The notes: generated by a model not told the origin, from the letters alone. A stretch of 64,000 nt of DNA from Phycisphaerales bacterium (GCA_965227775.1 OZ245777.1:1024001-1088000), one strand, 5' to 3'. Shown: positions 44,964 through 54,605, counted from the stretch's first letter. Program-made: numbers and translations.

Positions 44964-46220
44964 TCAGTCGCCCAGCGGGGTACGCATCCAAGACACGATG
45001 GCGTCGAGGTGGCCCGCGGGCTTGGGGCCAGCATTGCCGTCCTTACGCGCGATAGCGATGAGGAACTGGGGCTTGCCGCCGCCCGTCGGCCAGCGTTCGT
45101 CCCGAGCGGCGATGGGGTCGATGGGCCACATGCCTGGGGGCAGATCTGGGCTGTAGACCTCGTCGCTGGGGTTCTGGCCGATCCAACGCTCGACCGCAAG
45201 CCCGCTCTCGATCATGGCGGAGAAATCGGCAAAGCCGAAGTCGTGCACGTGGTGTGGCGTGGGACCAAGACGGTTGGGAGTGCTGATCACCAGCCGCCCG
45301 CCGGGCTTCAGGATTCGCCGCAGCTCGGCAACAAGGCCGGTCGCGTCTTGCACGTGTTCGATGGTCTCGAAGCTGGCGGCCAGGTCGTACGCGTTGGAAC
45401 TCAATGGCGTGTCGCATGCATCTGCGGCATGGAAGCTGCACGCACCATCGCAGCCGTGCTGGCGCGCGGCGTAGTCGACCGCTTCCGCATCGATATCGAC
45501 ACCGTCGGTGCGAGCGCCTGCAATGGTGCCCAGGATGCGCGAGCCGTAGCCCGTGCCGCTGGCGACATCGGCAATGCGCTTGGCGCCGTTCTGCTTGGCA
45601 ACCTCCGCGGCCAGCTCGTAGCGCCGCGCGTGCAGTTCCGTGCGAGCGGGTGGGATGATGGACTGGAGCGCGTCGTGCCGCTCGGTCCGATTGGTGACGA
45701 GCCAGCGAGCGTCTTCGAGCGACAGCCCGCCGGCGATCAGCCGCTCGATGGTGGTGTCGGCTTCCCACACGGTGTCGTCCGGCACGTAGAGCGAGACGAT
45801 GCGGACCGGCGTGCCGGCGAACGCCGCGCGGGCACGCTCGCCAACGGCCTCCTCGTGTTCGGTCGTGCTCAGGATGATCGCTTGGAACGTTGGGTTCGAG
45901 GCGGCCGCGGTTGGCGTCTTGACGGGCACGCCGGCAACGTCGTCACGCGAGGGCTGGTCGTCCAGCACGGCGGTCACGCGGATGCCATGGAACAGCCAGG
46001 GCTGGCGGATGATGGCCCGGGTGTGCCGGCCGCCGGGGTAGAGCGCGATGCGAGTGACGCCGTGGGCTGCGAGCCACGCGGCGGTGCGGTCGAGCAGCCG
46101 CTCGCGAAGCTGTGGCACAACGGCCAGGCGCGGGGACTTGGGCTGCCATGCCTGGGGTGTGCCGTGATCAGTCGTGGGTCGATGGGTGTGCGGCGCGCTC
46201 ACTGGCTCGTCATCGGCCAT
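44964..46220 (-). CDS. Class I SAM methyltransferase with N-terminal Rossmann-like domain
   Basis: HARRY, IADVASGTGYG, SFETIEHV and LKPGGRLVISTPN motifs. Confidence 0.85.
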   Translation of the reverse strand: MADDEPVSAPHTHRPTTDHGTPQAWQPKSPRLAVVPQLRERLLDRTAAWLAAHGVTRIALYPGGRHTRAIIRQPWLFHGIRVTAVLDDQPSRDDVAGVPVKTPTAAASNPTFQAIILSTTEHEEAVGERARAAFAGTPVRIVSLYVPDDTVWEADTTIERLIAGGLSLEDARWLVTNRTERHDALQSIIPPARTELHARRYELAAEVAKQNGAKRIADVASGTGYGSRILGTIAGARTDGVDIDAEAVDYAARQHGCDGACSFHAADACDTPLSSNAYDLAASFETIEHVQDATGLVAELRRILKPGGRLVISTPNRLGPTPHHVHDFGFADFSAMIESGLAVERWIGQNPSDEVYSPDLPPGMWPIDPIAARDERWPTGGGKPQFLIAIARKDGNAGPKPAGHLDAIVSWMRTPLGD

Positions 46221-46260
46221 CTTCTGGTGCCGGCACGAACGCGGGGCCGATGAGCGGGGC

Positions 46261-48339
46261 ATGTCCGCCGTCCCAGCCGTCCGTGCGCCCGCAGGTTCAG
46301 ACCCCGCGTTCGATGTCGCGACCGCGCTGTGGCCCGATGCGCAGCGGGCGTGGGACCTGAGCGGCGGCGTGCTCGAAGGCGTGGGCGTGGCGCTCGCGGA
46401 AACCCCGCCTGCGCCCAAGGGCGGCACGATCTGGCCGCCCGGCGAGCTCTTCGCGCCGCCGCTGGTCATCGTCGGCGCCGCATCTGCAGACTTGCTCGCG
46501 CGGGCAATCGAGGAGCGATCGGGCTCGCTGCAGTACCTGCCCCGGGTGATGGTGGTCGAGCCGCGGGCCGAGGCGGCATTGGTAGGCCTCGCTCGCCTGG
46601 GTGAGCATGCGGCGCGCGACCTGCTCGCGGCGGCGGGGATCGAATGGTTCGTCGGTCCGGCGGCGATGGAGCGGCTGGAGTCGTGGCTCGTCGATCACGC
46701 CGACAACCCCTTGCCCAAGAGCGTCATCGACAACGGTGCGGCCCCGGGCACCGCGGCCGGCGTGGCCAAGCTCCTGGGCGAGGCGCACGCGCGCCAGCAG
46801 GCGGCCATGCGAGAGCACGGAGCCACGCTCCGCCAGTGGGCCAACAGCCGCGAGAAACAGGCGGCGATCGTCGAGCGGTGGCGGAGTGCCGGCTCGCTGC
46901 GCCTGCTCGTCCTGACTTCCCGGTTCTCGACGTACATGTGGCCCTCGGCGATCGACCTCGTGGAGGCCCTCGAGTCGATCGGCCACGATGCCCGGCTGCT
47001 GGTCGAGCCCGACGACCACACCAGGCAGACGCAGCTGCACTACACGCGTGCGATGATCGATTTCGAGCCCGACGGCGTCGTGCTGCTGAACTATCTGCGG
47101 CCGCACATCGGGCCGGTCGTGCCGCCGCACGTGCCCGTGGTCACGTGGTCGCAGGACGCGATGGGCCACTACTTCTTCGGTGGGCAGCTCTCGCGGAGCG
47201 GCCCGCGCGACTTCGTCGTCGGAATGCTCTACCCCGAGCTGCGTGATCGCCTCGGGGTTCCAGAAGAACGCATGCTGGGCTGGCTGAATCCGGTCTCGCC
47301 GTCCAAGTTCCATGCTGGGCCCGTTGCCGCGGAGCACGAGCACCTTCGCTGCGATGTCGCGCTCATGACGCGGCATAGCGAGTCGCCCGAGCGCTACATC
47401 CGCCGGATGTTCGCAGAGGGTGGCGCGGCGAGCGCGTACGGCAAAGCGATCCTCGAGCTCGAACACCGCGTGCCGGCAGCAATGGAGCGGGCGGCGGCGG
47501 GGCAACGCTGGCTCTTGCATGAGCTGCGATCCGAGTGCGAGGCGGCGCTGAGGGCAACGAGCACGCGGGCGCCGGCGCAGCCGATGGTGGAGGGGCTCAT
47601 GCAGCAGATCGCCTATCCACTGGCGGACCTGTACTTTCGCCAGCAAGCCGCGGGTTGGGCGGCCGCCGCGTGCGCGCGGCGCGGATGGCGGCTTCACCTC
47701 TACGGCAAGGGATGGGAGGACCATCCGGAACTTGCCGAGCATGCGCGCGGTGAGCTGACGCACGGCGAGCAGCTCCGTGCGGCCTATCAGCTGGCCGGCG
47801 TGACGCTCCATGCCTCGGTTCGCGGCCAGAACCACCAGCGTGTGGCCGAGGCGTCGATGAGCGGGGGGCTGCCGATCGTGCGCCGCACGTTCGAGGACCT
47901 CGATCGCGCGCGCTGGTACCAGCTCAACGCGATGGTCGGATCCTGCAAGCCCGACGGACAGACCGACGATGGGCGTCCGTTGTTCTCGATCGCGAACCAC
48001 GATGGGCTGATGCGCGTTGCCGCGCTGTGGGGCCGCTGCGGCTTGACCCTTGGCGAAGATGGCATGGTCGGGCCAACACGCGAAGAGATGGCAATACTCG
48101 CGGACTGCCCGCTGGGCAAGCCCAAGCTCCCCGATGAAGACCCCGCGTGGCCCCTGATCGATGTCGGCTCTGTCGGCTTCGGGAACGAGGGGGAGCTCGA
48201 GACGATCATCGAGCGCTCGATGGACGGCGCGTGGCGGACCAGATGGTCAGCCGCGATCGGCGAGCGGGCCCGTGAGCGATTCGCCATGGACCGCTTCGCC
48301 CGCGACGTGGTCGAGCTGGTCCGCGCGAGCTTCCGCTAG
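46261..48339 (+). CDS. Putative glycosyltransferase (CgeB/Maf-like, GT-B)
   Basis: LHLYGKGWEDHP...RGELTHGEQLRAAYQ...HQRVAEASMSGG resembles Glyco_trans_1_2. Confidence 0.6.
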   Translation: MSAVPAVRAPAGSDPAFDVATALWPDAQRAWDLSGGVLEGVGVALAETPPAPKGGTIWPPGELFAPPLVIVGAASADLLARAIEERSGSLQYLPRVMVVEPRAEAALVGLARLGEHAARDLLAAAGIEWFVGPAAMERLESWLVDHADNPLPKSVIDNGAAPGTAAGVAKLLGEAHARQQAAMREHGATLRQWANSREKQAAIVERWRSAGSLRLLVLTSRFSTYMWPSAIDLVEALESIGHDARLLVEPDDHTRQTQLHYTRAMIDFEPDGVVLLNYLRPHIGPVVPPHVPVVTWSQDAMGHYFFGGQLSRSGPRDFVVGMLYPELRDRLGVPEERMLGWLNPVSPSKFHAGPVAAEHEHLRCDVALMTRHSESPERYIRRMFAEGGAASAYGKAILELEHRVPAAMERAAAGQRWLLHELRSECEAALRATSTRAPAQPMVEGLMQQIAYPLADLYFRQQAAGWAAAACARRGWRLHLYGKGWEDHPELAEHARGELTHGEQLRAAYQLAGVTLHASVRGQNHQRVAEASMSGGLPIVRRTFEDLDRARWYQLNAMVGSCKPDGQTDDGRPLFSIANHDGLMRVAALWGRCGLTLGEDGMVGPTREEMAILADCPLGKPKLPDEDPAWPLIDVGSVGFGNEGELETIIERSMDGAWRTRWSAAIGERARERFAMDRFARDVVELVRASFR

Positions 48340-50277
48340 GTCGATCAGTTCGGTCGGCAGGCCGCTCTCGCGGCAGCGGGGCAGGTCGCGCTGGTGCAGT
48401 ACGAGCAGCGAGTCTGGTGCGAGGTGCTTGAGGCCCGCATCGAAGGCGTGCACCGGCAAGCCCATGTGCGTTGTTGGCTCTGCAGCACGATCGTCGAGCC
48501 AGCCAACGATGGGAGCGCCGTGGAGAATTGGCGCGATCAGGACCGGCGTGCGCTCACCATGAACAACGACGGCGATGCGTACGCAATCTGCCCGCACGAG
48601 CCGATCGATGGTGCGCTCGGCGGCGTACACGCCAGCCTCGACGCAGCCGTTCGGCGAGACCGCAACACCGAGGCCGCGAGCGCGCCACCCTGCGACGAGT
48701 TGCGGGTTTGGTCGCGGAGCGCTGGCCCGAATGAGGACGGCATCGCAGCCTGGGCCAGGGGCGTTGATGGCGACGCGCTCGTAGCCGGCCAATCGCAATT
48801 CTTCTTCAAACCAGGCGTCAGCGGCAGCCTCATCTGCGGGGGAGCGTGGGCCCCAAGGCCATGCCTCGATAGTGCGTACGGCATGGTCCGTGCGCTGCGC
48901 GAGCCGGGGGTCATCGCAGCACACACCGCGCGACACCAACTGGGCGGCAAGTGGCAGCGCACGGTCGTCATCGAAGACAATCCGCTCCGGTCGCAGCATG
49001 AGCGCGGCATCCAGGACTAGCTGGTTGCGCTCGTGGGTCGGTAGCGTCGGATCGGGCACGATCTCGTGTGCGCGAGGGTGGTCGAGCTTTGGCGTGCGGG
49101 CATCGGCGTAGTTGAGGGGGCTGAGTCCCACGCACAGGAGGTGGTCATGTGGCTTGGTGCGCATCGTCGACATCGCGGCGTCGACGATTGGAGGCCTTGG
49201 CTGCTCGTGATCACAGATGGCGATGTGCAGCGTCTCGCATGAAGCGGCCGAGACGCGGAGGCGCGCCATGGATGGGATGGCGTTGGTGTTGCCGTTCCGC
49301 CGCACGTCCATCAGCTCGCGGGTGACGTTGGCCGCCGCGTGGGGCGTGGAGAGCTCGTTCAGGATCGTGCATTGGCATTGCTTGGCTGGCCCGCCGAGGA
49401 TCGCGTCGAGCAGGTCGTCACAAGAGCGCAGGTGCTCGATGGGCAAGTCGGCGATCGCAGAGGCGTCGAGGTCATCGGCCCACACCCACGCCGCGGGCAC
49501 CCATAGCGGCCAAGGGTGCGGATGGGCGATCGCAGTGGGCACGCCGGCGAGCATCGACTCGACGGCCAGCGTGCTCGCGGTCGTGATGGTGGCGCGCGCG
49601 CCGGCGAGCGACTCGGTGAGGGGCGCTGCGTCGGGTTCGACGCCCAATTCGTGGGCGAGCGCCGCATCGATGCGCCACCGCACGTCGAGCGTGCGTGTCG
49701 TTGTCCGGACATGCAGTTGCTGCAACATGGCGCGCACGCGGTCGAGGGCGTCGTCGTCCATCGCGGGCGTGAGCGCCGTGGCGACCAGCAGCCATTGCTC
49801 CGGCTCGATTCCTGCGCGGGTGTCGGCGATACGCGCGTCGAAGCCGTCGAGCCGTGGCAAGCCCGTCGTCGCGACGATGTTGCGGAGGTCGGTCAGGATC
49901 TTCGCCTGCAGCGGGCCCATCGCGAGCACGAGGTCGTGGGGCGTGCGCTGCAGGTGGTCGGGCCCGAGCCAGGGGTTACGCATCGTCGCCGCGTGTTCGA
50001 CGACGCCGTCGACCAGCAGCACCGTGGGGATGCCCAACTCGCGGGCAAGGCGCGTGGGGGCGAGGTGGGCGTTGTGGCTCAGGTCGGCAAAGGCAACGGC
50101 GCGGGCGCCCTCGAGCACCTCCTTGATGGCGTGGTGCCCGAAGCGCATCTCGCGATCCCACAGACGCTCGTAGCAGACCTCGATGCCGCGTGCGTTCAGC
50201 GCTCCGGGCACGCCGGCGAACTGGTCGAGCGGGCGGCGGCTGCCGAACAGGACGACGTGGCCCGAACGCGCGGCCAC
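48247..50277 (-). CDS. Putative GT-B-fold glycan biosynthesis protein
   Basis: TGLPRLD and ITTASTLAVESMLAGVPT motifs; translationally linked to the GT2 gene. Confidence 0.55.
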   Translation of the reverse strand: MAARSGHVVLFGSRRPLDQFAGVPGALNARGIEVCYERLWDREMRFGHHAIKEVLEGARAVAFADLSHNAHLAPTRLARELGIPTVLLVDGVVEHAATMRNPWLGPDHLQRTPHDLVLAMGPLQAKILTDLRNIVATTGLPRLDGFDARIADTRAGIEPEQWLLVATALTPAMDDDALDRVRAMLQQLHVRTTTRTLDVRWRIDAALAHELGVEPDAAPLTESLAGARATITTASTLAVESMLAGVPTAIAHPHPWPLWVPAAWVWADDLDASAIADLPIEHLRSCDDLLDAILGGPAKQCQCTILNELSTPHAAANVTRELMDVRRNGNTNAIPSMARLRVSAASCETLHIAICDHEQPRPPIVDAAMSTMRTKPHDHLLCVGLSPLNYADARTPKLDHPRAHEIVPDPTLPTHERNQLVLDAALMLRPERIVFDDDRALPLAAQLVSRGVCCDDPRLAQRTDHAVRTIEAWPWGPRSPADEAAADAWFEEELRLAGYERVAINAPGPGCDAVLIRASAPRPNPQLVAGWRARGLGVAVSPNGCVEAGVYAAERTIDRLVRADCVRIAVVVHGERTPVLIAPILHGAPIVGWLDDRAAEPTTHMGLPVHAFDAGLKHLAPDSLLVLHQRDLPRCRESGLPTELIDLAEARADQLDHVAGEAVHGESLTGPLADRG

Positions 50278-50280
50278 GGC

Positions 50281-51258
50281 TCAGGCGCTCGCGGGCGCGG
50301 TGAAGACCTGGCCGGGCCTTGGCGGCGGCGCACGGCGGACGGCCGCGAGGAAGCCGGCGGCGCGGGCGGCCATGCGCCATGCGCGGGCACTGGCGAAGAG
50401 TTCGCGGATGTTGGTGCTGAAGACCGGCTTGCGGGCGATGGAATCGAATTGCGCGTACGCATCGGTGGCACCGTCGGTCAGCAGGGCGCGCGCGTCCTCG
50501 ATCGACTGGTCCGAGCCATCGAAGCGATCACCAAAGACGGCCGTTGCGCAGGCGTCGTTGACGCGGTGCAGTTGGAGCGCCTGGTGGCCCAGCAGCGCCT
50601 CGCGCGCCAGGATCTGGCCGGGCTCGTAGCGGTGGTGGTGCGTCGCGCTCGCCTCGGGGCGGTAGAGCACGGGCGCGCCGTGCTTGGTCGTGACGCGGTA
50701 GGCCCACTCGAGGTCGTCGAACATCGGGAAGGTCAGCCGCTCGTCGAAGGCCGCACAGATCGATCGCGGCACGGAGAGGTTCAGCGTCCAGGCGTGGCGG
50801 AAGCCCCAGTCGCGGTCGCGCTCGACGCCGTTCATGTCGCTGTAGAAGAAGAGCAGCGCCGTCTCGCGCGTCATGCGGTCGAGCACGCGGTCGTCGCTCG
50901 GCACGGCGAAGGGTGCATCGCCCAGGACGAGCTTCGGCGCGCCGTCGCGGTGCGCCGCGCGGTGGTGGTCGATGAGGCGCGGGGCGGGCACGACGTCGTC
51001 GTTGAGGAAGAGCACCAGTTCGCCAACGGTGTGCGCGAGCGCGCGGTTGCGCGCGCCGGCGGGGCCAATTGGCTCGCCGGTCACGACCGTCACCGAGCCA
51101 TCGCGGGTCAAGGGTTCGAGGTCGGCGGGCGCATCTTGTCCGTCGATGCTGGCGATCACGCGCAGCTTGGCGTCGCGCTCGGCCAGCAGGGCCGCGATGC
51201 ACCGGGCGAGGGACCCATCGGGCCCGCCGCGGCTCGGGATGATTGCCGTCACGCGCAT
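50281..51258 (-). CDS. Glycosyltransferase family 2
   Basis: AIIPS, GPAGARNRAL, VLFLNDD, FDE...DDLEWAYR motifs. Confidence 0.88.
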   Translation of the reverse strand: MRVTAIIPSRGGPDGSLARCIAALLAERDAKLRVIASIDGQDAPADLEPLTRDGSVTVVTGEPIGPAGARNRALAHTVGELVLFLNDDVVPAPRLIDHHRAAHRDGAPKLVLGDAPFAVPSDDRVLDRMTRETALLFFYSDMNGVERDRDWGFRHAWTLNLSVPRSICAAFDERLTFPMFDDLEWAYRVTTKHGAPVLYRPEASATHHHRYEPGQILAREALLGHQALQLHRVNDACATAVFGDRFDGSDQSIEDARALLTDGATDAYAQFDSIARKPVFSTNIRELFASARAWRMAARAAGFLAAVRRAPPPRPGQVFTAPASA

Positions 51259-51306
51259 GCGAATGGTCTAACGGCCGATTCGCGCGGCGGCCTCTACAAA
51301 ACCGGC

Positions 51307-51873
51307 TTACCCAGCGCTCGCGAACAGCCCGCCGGCGACCGTTCGCTCGTGGTCCAGCAACCACCGCTTGCGCTCCAGCCCGCCGCCGTAGCCGTGCAAA
51401 CTCCCATCGGCCGCGACCACCCGGTGGCACGGCACAACGACCGCCAGCCGGTTCGCCCCGTTGGCCGCGCCCACGGCCCGGCTGGCCCCGCCGTCCTTGC
51501 CGATCGTCCGGGCGATGTCGCCGTAGCCGACGGTCTGGCCGTACGGAATCCCCAGCAGCGCGTTCCACACGGCGTGCTGGAAGGCCGTGCCCGCCAGCTC
51601 CAGCGGCACGGTGAACCGCCGCAGGTCGCCCACGAAGTAGGCCGCGAGCTCCTGGATGAGCAGGGCCAGGGCCGGGCACTCGGGCGGGTCGACGCTCGGC
51701 CTGACCCGGGCATCGAACATGGTGGCCAGCGCGTCCATCGCGGCCGGTGCCCGGTGCCCAAACTCGACCAGGGCGATCCGCGGCCCGTCGACGTCGGTGA
51801 TGCTGGCGAGGGTCAGCTCGCCGACGGGGCTGGGGATGGTCGTGGTCGTCAGGATGGCGGCGTCGGCTGGCAT
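51307..51873 (-). CDS. ogt: Methylated-DNA--protein-cysteine methyltransferase
   Basis: GTAFQHAVW, IPYGQT, RAVGAANGAN, active site PCHRV, GYGGG. Confidence 0.93.
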   Translation of the reverse strand: MPADAAILTTTTIPSPVGELTLASITDVDGPRIALVEFGHRAPAAMDALATMFDARVRPSVDPPECPALALLIQELAAYFVGDLRRFTVPLELAGTAFQHAVWNALLGIPYGQTVGYGDIARTIGKDGGASRAVGAANGANRLAVVVPCHRVVAADGSLHGYGGGLERKRWLLDHERTVAGGLFASAG

Positions 51874-52017
51874 ACCAAACAATAGCCGTTCAGAAGAGGG
51901 CGAGCGAGGCGTCTTCCTGACGCGTGAGGTTCATCGCGCCCGGACGGTCGGGCGGCCTGAAGCCCCGAGCGTGCGACCGAAGAGCCCGTCGGAGCGGGCG
52001 GGGTCAACCATCCGGCG

Positions 52018-52874
52018 ATGGATGCGCCCAACGATGCCGCACCTCCGCCGCCGATACCCACCGCCGAGCCGTTGCCCGCGTGGATGCGCTGCGTGGCGTG
52101 CGGGTACGACCTGGCCGGGCTCTCGCCTGGTGGCGTGTGCCCCGAATGTGGGATCCAGATCCCCGCATCGTGGCCCGAGTGGGACCTGCGTGATTGCGAT
52201 CGAGCGCACGTGCAGAGCTTGTACCAGGGCATCGGCCACTTGCGGCACGGGGCGGTTGCCATCGCCATGTCACTGCTCTGTGGCGCCGCGGCGATCGTGC
52301 TGGCAAACCTGCCGCTGCGCAGCGCCGACAAGCACGTGTATGTCGGCGTGGCCATCGCGGCCGCCCTCGTGCTCGCCATCGCGTCGAGTGTGAAGCTCGC
52401 GATGCTCAGGGGGCGCTGCGTCTGGAGGGGGCGGTGCGCGTTGCGCCCGCCGCGAAGAGCCAGCACGCGCTCACCCGAGACGCGGCGATGGTAAACGCGA
52501 TGCTCGGAGGCAGCCTTGTCATCGGCGGGGGTTTGCTGGCCATGCTGTTCTACCTGGGACTCTTGGTGGTCGTCGTGGGCGGCGTGGCGTGGCTTGCGTG
52601 CATCGCCTCGCTCTGCGTCACGGGCGCACGGTTTCTCGTCGACACGATCGAGCGCGCCGGCGGCCATCGCAGGCGCAGCGTCATGTCGTGGGCCCTGGAG
52701 CTGCTCCCCTACGCGATCGCCGCGGGCTTCGTGATGGCCGGCGTGGGCGCGTTGTCGTGGTGGTGGCCGGTCACCGCGGCCCTCGCCGCCCTGCCACTAG
52801 GGGCCATCCACCTTGCGACGCGCAGCGCAGACGCGCGGCGTGCGATCTTTGGTGTCATCGACCAGCCCGGGTAG
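52018..52874 (+). pseudogene. Multi-TM protein with N-terminal zinc ribbon; 1-bp frameshift at the G5 run 52409-52413 (possibly an assembly error)
   Basis: CVACGYDLAGL...CPECG. Adding one G joins AMLRG to ALRLEGAV and the downstream TM segments; same architecture as 30476-31327. Confidence 0.72.
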
Positions 52875-53042
52875 GCATGCGCGCTACGTGCGCTTCAGCC
52901 GCCGCTCCGCATCAATCCACTGCTCCCAGACGGCGTCATGCTGGTAGGCTCGGCCGCACTCGGGGCAGACTCCTATCCCACCTCCGCGCCGTCCGCGTTC
53001 GAGCCATCGCACTCCGGCGCGCCGCGGAGCCAACCATGCCCC

Positions 53043-53927
53043 ATGGAGCTCACACCGCTTCGATACCTCCGGGCCATCGCCGACGCCGGCACGCTGACGG
53101 TCGCGGCCCAGCGGCTGGGGCTCAGCCAGCCGACGCTGTCGGCCGCCGTCCGCAAGCTGGAGGAGGAGCTCGGCGTCGATCTGTTCAGCCGGACCGGGCG
53201 CGGGCTGACGCCGACCGAGGCGTGCTTCGTGCTGCTTGAGCACACCGACCAGGCGGTGCGCAGCGTCGACGCGGGCGTGCGGGCCGTGCGCGCGCTCGCA
53301 GGGCTTGAAGCCGGGACGGTCAGGATCGGCGCCGGCGCGACGGTCGTGACGTACCTCCTGCCCGGCGTGGTGCAGCAGTTCCGCCGTAAGCACGCCGAGC
53401 TGCGCGTGAGCGTGCGTGAGGCTGGCAGCACCCAGGTCGCCGAGGCGCTCCTGAAGGGCGAGCTGGATCTTGGGGTTGTGACGCTGCCGGTAAACATCCC
53501 GGGAAGCAACGAGCTGATGACGGTGGCGCGCGCGCAGGACGAGCTACGGCTGATCTGCCCGAGCGGGCATCCACTCGCGGGCAGGAACGACTTCGCGTGG
53601 AAGGACCTCGAGGGCCAGGCGGTCGTCGGCTTCGAGGCGGGCAGCAGCGTGCGCGCCGTGATCGATCAGGCGGCGATGGCCCACGGCGTGACGCCGGAGG
53701 TCGTGGTCGAGCTGCGCTCGATCGAAGGAATCGCACGCATGGTGCAAGCGGGGGTGGGTGTCGGGTTTGTGAGCAGGATGGCGCTCACCGAAACGACCGG
53801 CTTGGCGTGCCGCGATGGTCGATTGGTGCGCGGGCTGGCCCTTGTTCGTCGAAGGGACCGCACGCCTTCGCCCGCCGCGGCGGCCTTCGAGCAGGACCTG
53901 TTCACCGCCATGGCGACCGCCTCGTAG
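53043..53927 (+). CDS. LysR-family transcriptional regulator
   Basis: AAQRLGLSQPTLSAAVRKLEEELGVDLFSR HTH plus substrate-binding domain. Confidence 0.93.
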   Translation: MELTPLRYLRAIADAGTLTVAAQRLGLSQPTLSAAVRKLEEELGVDLFSRTGRGLTPTEACFVLLEHTDQAVRSVDAGVRAVRALAGLEAGTVRIGAGATVVTYLLPGVVQQFRRKHAELRVSVREAGSTQVAEALLKGELDLGVVTLPVNIPGSNELMTVARAQDELRLICPSGHPLAGRNDFAWKDLEGQAVVGFEAGSSVRAVIDQAAMAHGVTPEVVVELRSIEGIARMVQAGVGVGFVSRMALTETTGLACRDGRLVRGLALVRRRDRTPSPAAAAFEQDLFTAMATAS

Positions 53928-53957
53928 TCGCTCGCGTTGGGTCCGTAGGCTCCGGGC

Positions 53958-54581
53958 ATGCGCATCCTTGCTTGTTCGGACATCCACACCAGCCGCCCGC
54001 ACGCAGAGCAGATCGTCGCCCACGCCGAGCGCGCCGACGTGGTGGTCGTCGCGGGCGACCTGGCCAACCAGCACCATGGGCTCGAGCCGACCGTGAGTGT
54101 GCTGAAGGCGATCAGCAAGCCGTGCGTGCTCGTGCCGGGAAACAACGAGCGGCCCGTCGCGCTCGCTGCAGCGTGCGAGGGTTGGGCGAGCGCACGCGTG
54201 CTGCACGGAGTGGCGACCACGATCGACGGCATGCCGTTCTTTGGCCTGGGCGCGGGCGTGCCGGTGACGCCCTTCGGCTCGTGGAGCTTCGACCTGACCG
54301 AAGCGCAGGCGGCGACGCTACTGCAGGCCTGCCCCGACGGTGCGGTCATCGTCAGCCACTCGCCGCCGCACGGCGTGCTCGACGTGACCAGCCGGGGCTC
54401 GCACGCCGGTTCGAAGGCGGTGCGCGAGGCGATGGAGCGTGTGCGCTGCCCGCTGCTGGTGTGCGGGCATATCCACGACAGCGGCGGGCAGTTGGAGCGT
54501 CTCGGTGAGACGATGGTCGTCAACGCGGGGCCGGCGGGTTTTGTCGTCGATCTCGACGCCCGCGAGGTCGAGGCGCTTTAG
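53958..54581 (+). CDS. Metallophosphoesterase (Icc-related)
   Basis: SDIH, AGDL, PGNNE, SHSPP and GHIH motifs. Confidence 0.9.
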   Translation: MRILACSDIHTSRPHAEQIVAHAERADVVVVAGDLANQHHGLEPTVSVLKAISKPCVLVPGNNERPVALAAACEGWASARVLHGVATTIDGMPFFGLGAGVPVTPFGSWSFDLTEAQAATLLQACPDGAVIVSHSPPHGVLDVTSRGSHAGSKAVREAMERVRCPLLVCGHIHDSGGQLERLGETMVVNAGPAGFVVDLDAREVEAL

Positions 54582-54605
54582 AGGCACTACGGGAGGAGGT
54601 CACGG

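Noticed and set aside
46297..51885. Long ORFs 46297-48000 (-) and 49516-51885 (+)
   Set aside because: Antisense to motif-bearing glycosyltransferase and ogt genes.
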